Notes under the pieces: generated by a model | Database searches by the model: none | What the model was told of the DNA's origin: nothing | The model's input: only the letters and a program-made list of their open reading frames with translations | Program-made: the position numbers and the translations under genes | Source of the DNA: Aplysia californica | Lineage: Eukaryota | Reading direction: 5' to 3' | Length of the DNA stretch: 62,637 bases | NCBI RefSeq assembly: GCF_000002075.1 | Contig: NW_004797352.1 | Span: forward strand, 599,117-661,753 | Shown here: one piece after another, positions 55,901 through 62,569 of the stretch | Position numbering within the stretch: position 1 is the stretch's first letter | How the letters are laid out: every line of letters begins with the position of its first letter

Positions 55901-56393
55901 GATTGCTTTTCTTCCTTATAGATATGCTGGGAAGACGGGGATTGGTCAAAGTAGCCAAACGGCAGGTAAAGCTTTGAAAGTATCAAATCAAGGGTGTTAA
56001 GATCATATTTTTATAAATTCTAAAAAAAAATTAATAATTTTGCCAAATTCACAATTCCTTTTTTCAGTTTTCCCAGTTGAGTTGAAACCCTTTAAAACTA
56101 AACACATTTATTAACAAGTATTATAATATCAAAATAAATTTCCCTTCATCATTCATGCTTATATTTTTGTTACCAACATACTGACCTTTACTTTCTTCAA
56201 ACTCAATATAAACACACTTATGAAGACCATCCAGAAGCATTGTGTCTTCCTTAATATTTCCAGTCTTGATAGCTGGGGCATCAAAGTAGTTGATGTAAAA
56301 ATCTTTGGCCTTTTTAGCATCCTGTACTTGTACTTTGATAACTGTTCTAGGACATAAGGACACATTTTTAGGGTCTCCTGTAAAGTCGGCCAT
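4696..56393 (-). CDS. PARP14: PARP14-like macro-PARP (RRM-like repeats, KH-like region, 3 macrodomains); 17 coding exons, 3622 nt, at least 1207 aa; 3' end lies outside the window
   Basis: Manually spliced exons with GT-AG ends and matching phases. PARP14-type RRM motif VLVSGL...LERYFENPGRSGGG...AVVEF. Three macrodomains with motifs GNI/GQI/GDI, D(A/V)(L/I)V and S(I/V)xxxAxG(T/V). Strong Kozak GACATGG. Catalytic domain not seen, so orthology is by architecture only. Confidence 0.85.
6460..6639 (-). CDS. PARP14-like coding exon 16 (macrodomain 3: LQCKHIIF...SVSMPAFGT)
   Basis: Acceptor tgtcag; donor G|GTAAGT; 180 nt, phase 1-1. Confidence 0.92.
7291..8076. mobile_element. hAT-like non-autonomous element; related internal sequence at about 55600-56000
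   Basis: 12-bp TIR CAGGGCTGCCCA / TGGGCAGCCCTG; TSD degraded; internal segment 7805-7900 resembles 55790-55890. Confidence 0.6.
9222..9287 (-). CDS. PARP14-like coding exon 15 (macrodomain 3: GAVSKTILKKCGSAVQDEC)
   Basis: Acceptor gacag; donor A|GTATGT; 66 nt, phase 1-1. Confidence 0.9.
10418..10486. repeat. (GT)n microsatellite
   Basis: Directly visible. Confidence 0.95.
10850..11088. mobile_element. piggyBac-type MITE
   Basis: TTAA TSD on both sides; TIR CCCTATCC(A/G)TAC; removing it restores the host sequence aacctttaagatgatacc. Confidence 0.9.
11169..11951. mobile_element. Tc1/pogo-type MITE
   Basis: TA flanks; TIR CACTCGAACCTG / CAGGTTTGACTG; subterminal ggccac repeats. Confidence 0.75.
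12427..12662. mobile_element. Sola1-like MITE family B
   Basis: TIR of about 33 bp (gtgaggcgtgctgacaaaatgagttacttctc); perfect TSD ATTT. Confidence 0.85.
13313..13680 (+). mobile_element. Sola1-like MITE family A, copy 3 (right end truncated)
   Basis: Similar to the other family A copies. Confidence 0.7.
13816..14367. mobile_element. Sola1-like MITE family C
   Basis: TIR of about 31 bp (gtgtgtgcgcctagagaaaggtaccaaaagt); flanks atat / aata. Confidence 0.75.
14797..14919 (-). CDS. PARP14-like coding exon 14 (macrodomain 3: VKIQKGDITTQSCDVIV)
   Basis: Acceptor ttgcag; donor G|GTGAGA; canonical GDIT...DVIV motif; phase 1-1. Confidence 0.9.
15901..15958 (-). CDS. PARP14-like coding exon 13 (linker AFQRASSGHGLAASPTPRQ)
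   Basis: Strong polypyrimidine tract plus CAG; donor G|GTTCGT; phase 0-1 bridges the neighbouring exons. Confidence 0.8.
16441..16556 (-). CDS. PARP14-like coding exon 12 (end of macrodomain 2: SSLQSVVLVIHE)
   Basis: Acceptor cttcag; donor CAG|GTAAAG; phase 1-0. Confidence 0.9.
16930..17330 (-). mobile_element. Decayed RTE-like LINE fragment
   Basis: Minus-strand YGYET* resembles the RTE motif LYGxETW; boundaries approximate. Confidence 0.4.
19230..19332 (-). CDS. PARP14-like coding exon 11 (macrodomain 2: SISLCALGTGGLRYP)
   Basis: Acceptor tgacag; donor G|GTTGGT; phase 0-1; macrodomain ALGTGxLxYP motif. Confidence 0.9.
20500..20665 (-). mobile_element. tRNA-derived SINE remnant; similar heads near 2790-2850, 15710-15770 and 35025-35100
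   Basis: Minus-strand B-box GGTTCGAATCC with an A-box-like GTGGCCTAGAG upstream; no intact cloverleaf. Confidence 0.6.
22939..22996. repeat. (CT)n microsatellite
   Basis: Directly visible. Confidence 0.9.
23827..24277 (-). mobile_element. Sola1-like MITE family A, copy 4
   Basis: Reverse copy; flanks aaat / agat. Confidence 0.75.
24443..24557 (-). CDS. PARP14-like coding exon 10 (macrodomain 2: GDFAVSSSGNLGNKSLFHAC)
   Basis: Acceptor ttacag; donor CAG|GTGAGG; phase 2-0. Confidence 0.9.
25801..26057 (+). repeat. 5' LTR
   Basis: Direct repeat of 28779-29036. Confidence 0.95.
26247..26897 (+). CDS. Retrotransposon Gag (prematurely stopped; CCHC knuckle remnant CTRCAYDSH...DCPA just downstream)
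   Basis: Gag motif QEPNESIDAYVAELRKLGRGCNF...MIRDRIL. Confidence 0.85.
   Translation: MEGTKSKFHAQIQPPQKLNISEESALQSNLRKFSRAWKNYEIASNLIKKSKQFRCAVLLTVIIGEDAMDKFDGFKFSSKEEQDDINTVLKKFEEFCMGTTHEAFKSYRFHVRVQEPNESIDAYVAELRKLGRGCNFEAFEDRMIRDRILVGCKTDHVREKLLEDPKLDLKKAIDIARPYEESQVKLNEMKELAVARVMPKNRKKSFPEEKKEAVFK
27005..28421 (+). pseudogene. Ty3/gypsy pol remnant: RNase H plus integrase (stop and frameshifts)
   Basis: AQIEKEALA, ETDHK, RIQRF, ADSLSR; integrase VDYYSR, TDNGTQY, SANGEAERAV. Confidence 0.9.
28779..29036 (+). repeat. 3' LTR
   Basis: Direct repeat of 25801-26057, preceded by a polypurine tract. Confidence 0.95.
29212..29324 (-). CDS. PARP14-like coding exon 9 (macrodomain 2: SDVIVTTVDKSLDL...GGQAVQDEL)
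   Basis: Acceptor tttcag; donor AG|GTTTCC; phase 0-2. Confidence 0.9.
31263..31381 (-). CDS. PARP14-like coding exon 8 (linker plus start of macrodomain 2: IDVAVKSGQILDEK)
   Basis: Acceptor ccctag; donor AAG|GTGGGC; phase 1-0. Confidence 0.85.
31567..32231. mobile_element. TTAA-flanked (piggyBac-type) non-autonomous element
   Basis: TTAA TSD; TIR CTCTTTCCTGAC / GTCAAGAAAGAG (11 of 12 match). Confidence 0.8.
33091..33279 (-). CDS. PARP14-like coding exon 7 (end of macrodomain 1: GFFNFNATIFG...VEHLYVCD)
   Basis: Acceptor aaacag; donor G|GTGATT; 189 nt, phase 1-1, open. Confidence 0.8.
35105..36700. mobile_element. hAT-type non-autonomous element inserted at a tRNA-SINE head
   Basis: Perfect 8-bp TSD GCCACCAC; TIR CAGTGGCGG / CCGCCCCTG. 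Confidence 0.85.
36983..39364 (-). mobile_element. Sola1-like MITE family A, copy 5, split by insertions
   Basis: Family A ends at 36983 and 39364; family body resumes at about 37560-37738; flanks aaat / atat. Confidence 0.6.
37739..39332. mobile_element. Non-autonomous DNA element with CAC...GTG ends and GC-rich subterminal inverted repeats
   Basis: cggggtcacgggg (about 37818) / ccccgtgaccccg (about 39262); cccgccgg / ccggcggg; ttttagtt / aactaaaa. Confidence 0.6.
39681..39920 (-). CDS. PARP14-like coding exon 6 (macrodomain 1: VIRTSGGEL...SIAVPAVGVD)
   Basis: Acceptor tttgcag; donor G|GTAAAA; 240 nt, phase 1-1; absent from the ORF track, translated by hand. Confidence 0.9.
40345..40694 (-). 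CDS. PARP14-like coding exon 5 (start of macrodomain 1: KITFAQGNI...DALVNP)
   Basis: Acceptor ccccag; donor G|GTTTGA; phase 2-1. Confidence 0.9.
41788..42893. mobile_element. hAT-type MITE with an internal duplicated (GT)n block
   Basis: TIR TAGGGTTGG / CCAACCCTG; 8-bp TSD ttcaccgt / ttcaccat. Confidence 0.8.
43051..43245. other. Assembly gap (N run)
   Basis: 195 N. Confidence 1.
43523..44525 (-). CDS. PARP14-like coding exon 4 (end of RRM plus KH-like region)
   Basis: 1003-nt open exon containing the 319-aa ORF; acceptor tttcag; donor AG|GTGAGA; phase 1-2. Confidence 0.9.
45503..45803. other. Assembly gap (N run)
   Basis: 301 N. Confidence 1.
45960..46411 (+). mobile_element. Decayed LINE 3' end (CR1/Jockey-like) with a GAA-type tail
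   Basis: LSWKT and WNALP remnants typical of LINE ORF2 C-termini; gaagaagatgaag tail. Confidence 0.45.
46620..47437 (-). mobile_element. 5'-truncated non-LTR retrotransposon of the RNase-H-bearing I group, with a (CAA)n tail
   Basis: 14-bp TSD TGGCCTAGTGGGGT at 46606-46619 and 47438-47451. Open 256-aa frame with RNase H (FSDSMS, QWVPGHSGVPGNGTAD) and a C-terminal CRHC...ETVEHLLLHC knuckle. Confidence 0.9.
47442..49100 (-). pseudogene. Sola1-type DDD transposase pseudogene
   Basis: Motifs across frames: FRPRKDRCDLC, CITMDLQSVL, KLCVHNFTVY, LYSDGCGYQNRN, EKGHTQMEVDCAHSTIE and C-terminal VPCDYHSFYDNLPH*; multiple frameshifts. Confidence 0.75.
49975..50110 (+). mobile_element. RTE-like LINE 3' terminal remnant
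   Basis: NIMEWT...ENRERWKKVV resembles an RTE ORF C-terminus. Confidence 0.45.
50235..50465 (-). CDS. PARP14-like coding exon 3 (RRM: LERYFENPGRSGGG)
   Basis: Acceptor ctcag; donor A|GTAAGA; 231 nt, phase 1-1; hallmark PARP14/PARP10-type RRM motif. Confidence 0.9.
51249..52142 (+). mobile_element. Sola1-like MITE family A, copy 6 (host of copy 7)
   Basis: Perfect TSD AAAT. Confidence 0.85.
51306..51759 (+). mobile_element. Sola1-like MITE family A, copy 7, nested in copy 6
   Basis: Perfect TSD ATAT; inserted in the ATAT site of the host's gggcatat motif. Confidence 0.85.
52921..53321 (+). mobile_element. Sola1-like MITE family A, copy 8
   Basis: Same TIRs and body; flanks tcat / atat. Confidence 0.8.
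53726..53977 (-). CDS. PARP14-like coding exon 2 (GASDMCKKEHKV...NMTTYT)
   Basis: Polypyrimidine tract plus CAG acceptor; donor CAG|GTTTGA; 252 nt, phase 1-1, open frame. Confidence 0.8.
56186..56393 (-). CDS. PARP14-like coding exon 1 (ATG; RRM-like, MADFTGDPKN...YIEFEESK)
   Basis: ATG at 56393-56391; donor AAG|GTCAGT; ends phase 1; likely acceptor ttgcacag puts the exon start at 56442. Confidence 0.8.
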
Positions 56394-56990
56394 GTCTCTA
56401 CTGCCTCTCCTCTACACCTTGAATAACTCTGTTAAATTCCAGCTGTGCAATAGGTAATATATGAGACTGACACACTATGGTTTACTTTTATGCAGTTGTA
56501 TACAAATACAAAAAATAGTCATCATTTTTCTTAGATGCCTTTAAAAAGACCCAAAAATGAACCATTGGCAGCACTTGTTTGATCAGCCACTCAAGCCAGG
56601 ATAATTCTTTCTGTTGAGTTCTGAAAAAAATGGGGGGAAAAATATTGAAATTAGAGTGGGTTAGGGTGAGGTAGGAAATGGGGGCACTTTTTCAGACTCT
56701 GCTAAACTGAGTCAACCACCAAGTGTCTACAGCTATGGTTAGACAATGGTATGAATTCTGCCCTGACGGTACACATTTCTGCAATTCGAGCTTAAAACCA
56801 GACACTCCTATAGCAATCAGGATCACATGTAAAGACATGGGGCAAGTTTTATGAGTGACGAGCTCAGGATGAATGAAACAAAAAGGAGAGACGTGAAAGA
56901 CTGATTTGAAACTATAGACATGGTGAGACGAGGTCAGTCCAGTTCTATGACTGCCAAAGGGGAAACAGTCTTTTTAACTGACCTTTACAT

Positions 56991-57439
56991 GTGTCATGAT
57001 GGCATGGAGGAATTACACGCTCGTCAATTTTTGGGCATATGGAGTTATTTGTATAATCTTAAAGCCTGTTTATTTGTCTCGTTTTTAATGAAAAAATACC
57101 CATCTTATTTTAAGAGGAATTGAGATATTTGCTATTGAAGGATGTGGGGGTTACCTGGTATGGGAGGTTAAATTAGCACAAAAATGTCTGACTAAGTTTG
57201 GTGACTTCCAAAACTTGAGAGTCCTTGGAAACTGCAAATTTACATTTCCTGTGCCTGATTATTATTTGAACGTTTTTCCTGGAAAATTCACACAGAAGTT
57301 TGTTTTAAATAGACATAAAAGGTGTTGAGCCAAAAAAAATAAAAAATTCGGCAAAATTACCCAACAGGAGGGAAAAAATGTTGATTTCTTTCATGGCAAT
57401 AATATTTGACGAGCGCCTGATTTCACCATGACGCCACAC
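56991..57439 (+). mobile_element. Sola1-like MITE family A, copy 9
   Basis: Same TIRs and body; flanks acat / atat. Confidence 0.8.
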
Positions 57440-58479
57440 ATATTATATGACTGCACTCATTGGTTGCTAATTAGCTCGGTATTCTTAAAATCTGACTCTC
57501 ATATGTTCTCACCAAGATGTCTGTCATACCGCTACAACAGCCCACCTACATCCCGTCACTTCACGTTCTTGCTACTTAAATCATGATCAAAAGAGAAACA
57601 CCACAGCAGTAATGGGAATTATGTCCACGGGGCCAGTCTCAAGCAACAAAGGTCAGGTTATGGTGCACTGCTCTTTAAGCACTTATGACTTTATTGCGCT
57701 GCAATTAAGTGCAGTAAAGCTCTTACTAAAAAAAGCATTGCTCCGAGTTCAATATTTCAGCTTATGCTTTCATGGTCTTAACATAATACATAGCTTATCC
57801 GTTTTCTCCTCCCTCCTGCCCGCTCTTACGCATCAAATTCTTTACTCTTGTCAATCCTATTAGAATACGTGAAGACAGACAGAAATAAACATGAAGTGAT
57901 CAATATATCTTATAATCCTGGTCGATTGTACTCATATGGGGTGTTTGTTTGTGAACGAGGCCCCCTGTTTGTATTGATGTGACAATGACCAGTTGCCATT
58001 CGTCGCCCATGCCGAATTTGCCTGATGGCAGACACCAACGGTATTGGGGACAGCGCCCAAGGAGCAACGATCCTTGACTGATCAACCATTTGTTGTTGTT
58101 CTTCACATAGTGCTCTGACCCGGAGTTCGCCAGTAAAAGGGGAAACGATTACCTCTCAATTTCACAACGGAATAGGAATATATTTAAAAAATGATATAAA
58201 CTTAGGTATAGAATCAAACACCCTAAGTAAAAATTAGAAGAATCGAACAATGTTGACCATTCGCCGTTTTCCTTAATGACGGCAAGGATATATAGACTAG
58301 TAAGAGAGCCAGGTATGTGGTAAATGAGGGTGTAATCATGCGCATAGTCAATGTAAACAAACAAAGAAAAGGGTTCACAGAGCAGGGACTGAGTTGTAGA
58401 CTTCAGAAAGAGAATTTCACAGATTCGCTAATCCTGAATTGCCACTTTTCACTGTAGGCTATGCCCTAGCATACACATT

Positions 58480-58575
58480 TCAAACTGAAATTTCTTTAAA
58501 AAAATTTACGAAGTGACTACTTCTCTGAATGCTCGAGAAAATAAACTTGATCTCTATTTCTCCGGAAGGTTTCCG
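58480..58575. promoter_or_regulatory. Candidate proximal cluster of IRF-, STAT- and kB-like sites
   Basis: AAACTGAAA 58482-58490; TTCTCTGAA 58521-58529; TTCTCCGGAA 58558-58567; GGAAGGTTTCC 58564-58574; donor GAG|GTAATC at 58153 downstream on the minus strand. Confidence 0.35.
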
Positions 58576-59144
58576 TTCTCAAGAGTTTTTGGTCATTTGC
58601 GAGATTTAGGCGTCATCTTTCATTCTGCCATTCTGCGAGGACTGGGAAGAAGCATTTTTTGCATCAAACTCAATTTCTAGAGCTAGAGATTTTTAAATGT
58701 CTGAATATTCAGATACTTCAGTTGTGGTTGGCGCAACGTTCCCGGACTCTACTTCATTTGAAAATGTCTTCAAAAGGTACTGCGAGAAATCAAGACCTCT
58801 CGACCTTGGCAGTAACCTATTTTGCATTTAGTAACCCCTAAAGCAAACACTAAAATATCCTTCATCAAACAAAAAAAATCCCCCCTCCCCCTCATTCACA
58901 CCTTATACACACACACACACACGGGCCACTCCATTTGCAGATTATCAACAAATCTCGAGAACGGACACCGTTCGGAGAAATAAAGTTCAAGTTTATTTTC
59001 CCAAGTGTTCGGAGAAATAGATTTGGCCAAAAATTTAATTGAGCACTGCGAAATGACTCATGGCGAATATTTACTTGGTTCAGAAAAGGAAAGTCTAATT
59101 AAGCATAACACGGTGTTGCCATTAAGACCCTTTTTTTCTTCCGA

Positions 59145-59931
59145 AGTGACTATTCGGATTCGAGTCCGAATAGACACAAATTATATTCGGACTCTGAATT
59201 CTGACTTCTGACCCTTGTTCCTAAATATTTCCAGCATTTATGAAATTTTTTAAAATTGTAATGAAAACAATCGAGATGTGAGGTTTAATATCCAGTTACA
59301 CAATGTACTAGTATCTTAGATCTAAACTGGCCCTCCCAGCATCATTAGCCTAGTATGAACAGAACAAACAAGTTGAGCTGACCTTGCCGGGGGCAAAGTT
59401 AATTATATCGACCAATGAGATTGCGCGTAGCACTCACGCACTCTCGGCTTGCTGGGGGAAGAGATGTTGGGAAGGGGCAAGGTTGTCGGATTTTGTGCGA
59501 TATGATGTTTAAAAAATTATTAATTACAGAAAATCTAAAACACACAACAAAATGAAATTAAACATGTGGCGAAAGACAGATGGTGGTAGAAGTAAAGATG
59601 ATGCTGTAGTACCGTGGTGGTGGAAAGATCCTGAGTTGTCAGTTACCGTGTACTTAGACACAGCCTTGGGCAATGAGAGTGCAGTCTTTTGACCAGTGAC
59701 ACAATTACACAGTCCTAGTAGGTAATTCTAGTTCTAATTCTGGTTTTACATAATTTCCCCCCACAACAGTTATAGCCTATTATGTAACCTCCTTGCTTAC
59801 ACTCACATTATAACTCACTTAGGAGCCGAGTCTGAATAAATAAAACATTTTTTCTGACTCGAGTCCGAATAGATAAAACCCATATTCGGACTCGAGTCCG
59901 AAAAGATAAAAAATCTAATTGGACTCGAATA
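59145..59931. repeat. Two clusters of palindromic TATTCGGACTCGAGTCCGAATA-type repeats (probable subterminal repeats of a DNA transposon)
   Basis: Copies at about 59150-59195 and 59825-59931. Confidence 0.6.
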
Positions 59932-60289
59932 CGAAGAGAACTGGCCTTTTTTTAGAACCCCTCCCCCCTTTTCCAAACCTGTCTCCAAAACTACCTCCTT
60001 CTTCATCATGCCCTTGTCAAATAAATAAAAGTACAGAATGGTTAGTAGAAATTAGCAATCATACTCACTTGGAATACCACAACCAGAAAAACACGAGAAA
60101 AGTAAGTAGATCAAAGGTTAGGCGATGAGGAAGTGAAAACAAGGCCACAGATAGGTTCATCCAAGTCAGCGTACTACTAGATCTAACTCCTAGATCTAGG
60201 GCCTAAACAATTCATCATAGCCTACGTTTGTTTCTCTGTTCTAATCAGCTTTCATTGATGATTAGTGAGAATCATCAATCATAGTGATT

Positions 60290-60669
60290 AACAGCTTTGA
60301 ACAATGAATCACGTAGTAAAAATGGTATTTTTTTACTTTCCCTCCCGTCTCACACTCGGCTACCAGTTGTCTATTTTCTACTAAATATTGATGCCCAGAA
60401 CATGAATATCAACTTAATTTCCGTCGCAAATTAATAGTTTTTGAAATATTTTATTGTTTTTATCCGAGATAGACGTGCTTTGGACCAATCGGGGGGTTCC
60501 AGGGGGGCCTGCCCCTCTGGGGTAAAAGAAAATCTGGGGGGTCACAGGGCTATTTAGTAGAAAATAGGCAACTGGTAGCCGAGTGTGAGACCAGTAAGCT
60601 CTCTGGTGAGACGGGAGGGAAAGTAAAAAAATACCATTTTTACTACGTGATACATTGTCCAAAGCTGTT
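60290..60669. mobile_element. Foldback/MITE with long (over 60 bp) near-perfect TIRs
   Basis: aacagctttgaacaatgaatcacgtagtaaaaatggtattt...ccctcccgtctcac is mirrored at 60606-60669. Confidence 0.85.
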
Positions 60670-61436
60670 TTTACCCATAATTTGATATTTTACAGTTAGA
60701 TTTGAAATTGTCTTGAAAATAATTGATTTGCGACAGTTTTAGTGGCTTTATGTGTGATCTGCAGCAAACAGTACTGCAGTTTGACCCCTGAAATAGTGCA
60801 TCTGTGTGCGGGAGTGAAAGTAAAAATTTACCGTAAAAATATGTAATGGTTCTGAACTGTGCACAGGTATCATATAATGCGGCCACCTCTATTCTCACCC
60901 GGGGTGAGAATAGTGCAGGCGGGTCTTGTGGCTATTCTCACCCGGTGCGCGCGTCAACAAATTTTGCGTTCACCCTAAACCACAGAATTCTACACTGTGA
61001 TAAGAGAAAAATTGTAGAATTCTGTGCTGTGAACAAACGTTCCATTACAACTGTACTTGTAGCCTACTAAAAGCGTACAATTTTGTCTGTGGGCAGGGGA
61101 GAGAGAGAGAGTGAGAGAGAGAACAAAACAAAATGGCGACCCGCGTAGTTCGGCTCGATTCGAAAAGTTAAATAGCCGTAGCATCTTTGTAGACAACCAA
61201 ATTAATTTACTTTTATGTTTTAACATCATTTTTGAACTTTGTTTTGGTCAATTTGATCGTCCACACCGATAGACAGTATTCAGAAAGAGACAGAGAGAGA
61301 GAGAAGAGGGGAGGAGTAGATCTTGCGAGAACTTCCGGGCGGGTGAGAATAGCCACTTTCATATAATGCCGTAACGAAGAGAACAGTAGTCGGATGATGT
61401 TGAAATCTTCTAATGTCAAAGTAAAAGTTGCACTTC

Positions 61437-61448
61437 GAAATTGAAACT
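61437..61448 (+). promoter_or_regulatory. Consensus ISRE (GAAATTGAAACT)
   Basis: Exact match to GAAANNGAAACT. Confidence 0.45.
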
Positions 61449-61682
61449 GAGACACGCATTAGCTTAGCCTGGCTTAGGCTTAGAAATTCTAATCAAGAGT
61501 CAAAGGAAGTTGCGAGAGAAAATCCAAATCTATATTATCTAGATCTAGATCTAGTCTAGATCTAGATCTAGACTCTAGATCATCTAGATCCTCTAAAAAG
61601 GAAGTAAAACTAAATAATATATATATAGGTTAGATCCTAGACCTGGTTGTAACTTCATTTTGATCAAGGCAACGACACTTAC

Positions 61683-61750
61683 CATTCTAAAACAGCTCGT
61701 TACCTGAGAGCCTCCCACAACAACGCCCCAGGAACACGAACAGGAGGGCG
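61683..61750 (-). other. Candidate non-coding first exon of the PARP14-like gene
   Basis: Consensus donor ATG|GTAAGT at 61683; alternative donor CAG|GTAACG nearby; immediately downstream of IRF and GAS motifs; 5' end approximate. Confidence 0.45.
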
Positions 61751-61752
61751 GA

Positions 61753-61788
61753 ACTTTCAGTTTTCCCAAATATATTTGGTTCTTGGAA
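61753..61788 (-). promoter_or_regulatory. Candidate promoter with adjacent IRF-E/ISRE and GAS
   Basis: GGGAAAACTGAAAGT (minus strand, 61753-61767) and TTCTTGGAA (61780-61788). Confidence 0.5.
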
Positions 61789-62537
61789 ACCCACCGGAAG
61801 TTAATGGGTTGGACCAAAGATTGGACTATGGGAAGTCTGATGATCAATCTGATACAACCAATGATAGTACATAACAGCTAGGCCTAAGTTATTAAAAGGG
61901 CTCGGACTTTAAACCCCAAAGTTATTAAAATATTACCTCCCAAAAAATAAAAAGCAAAGAAATGAAAGAATGGTAGGGAAAGAGTGGTCTAGAATGTTCT
62001 ATTTATGATAGCTTTGGACGACAAGTGAAAAAAATGGAGCCCAGCCAAGGAGTTTAGAACTTACTTTTAATCTCCTTGAGCCCAGCTTTTTTAATGCGAG
62101 TTTTCGTAGGTCTATTATTTGGTAACTTCCGTTCGTACAAAGGGCAGGTTGCGCTCTCCACAATAATAATAATGATAATCTTACTACACAGAATTCTACA
62201 CTTAGTGTAGAATTCTGTTCTACACTTAGTGTAGAATTCTGTGTCTTACTACTAATGGCGAGCTAAGGCCAAATTTTGCGAACAGTATATTCTCAAAAAC
62301 TACCGAATGAAAAAATATGAAACTTTGTCAGTACCCATAACTTGAAACGTAGTGTTGCACTATTGTATTTTCATTACGATCAAATTTGCGAGAAGAAAGC
62401 CCAGTTTAAGTTAAATTCAGTCCTTTTGTAGCGATCGCTATCATTTGCTTCGACATTGTATATTCACTGCGGAGTGCCGACTGCGCCAAATGGTATTATG
62501 TGTTCAGTACTCTCTGGTTGTGCATAAAGTAGTTTAC

Positions 62538-62559
62538 GGGAATTCCCGGTTTCGGTCTC
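62538..62559. promoter_or_regulatory. Palindromic NF-kB site abutting an ISRE-like element
   Basis: GGGAATTCCC at 62538-62547, followed by GGTTTCGGTCTC. Confidence 0.45.
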
Positions 62560-62569
62560 ACACCTTTAG

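Noticed and set aside
59145-59931. CRISPR-like repeat array
   Set aside because: Eukaryotic context, irregular spacing and repeat length, and no cas genes.
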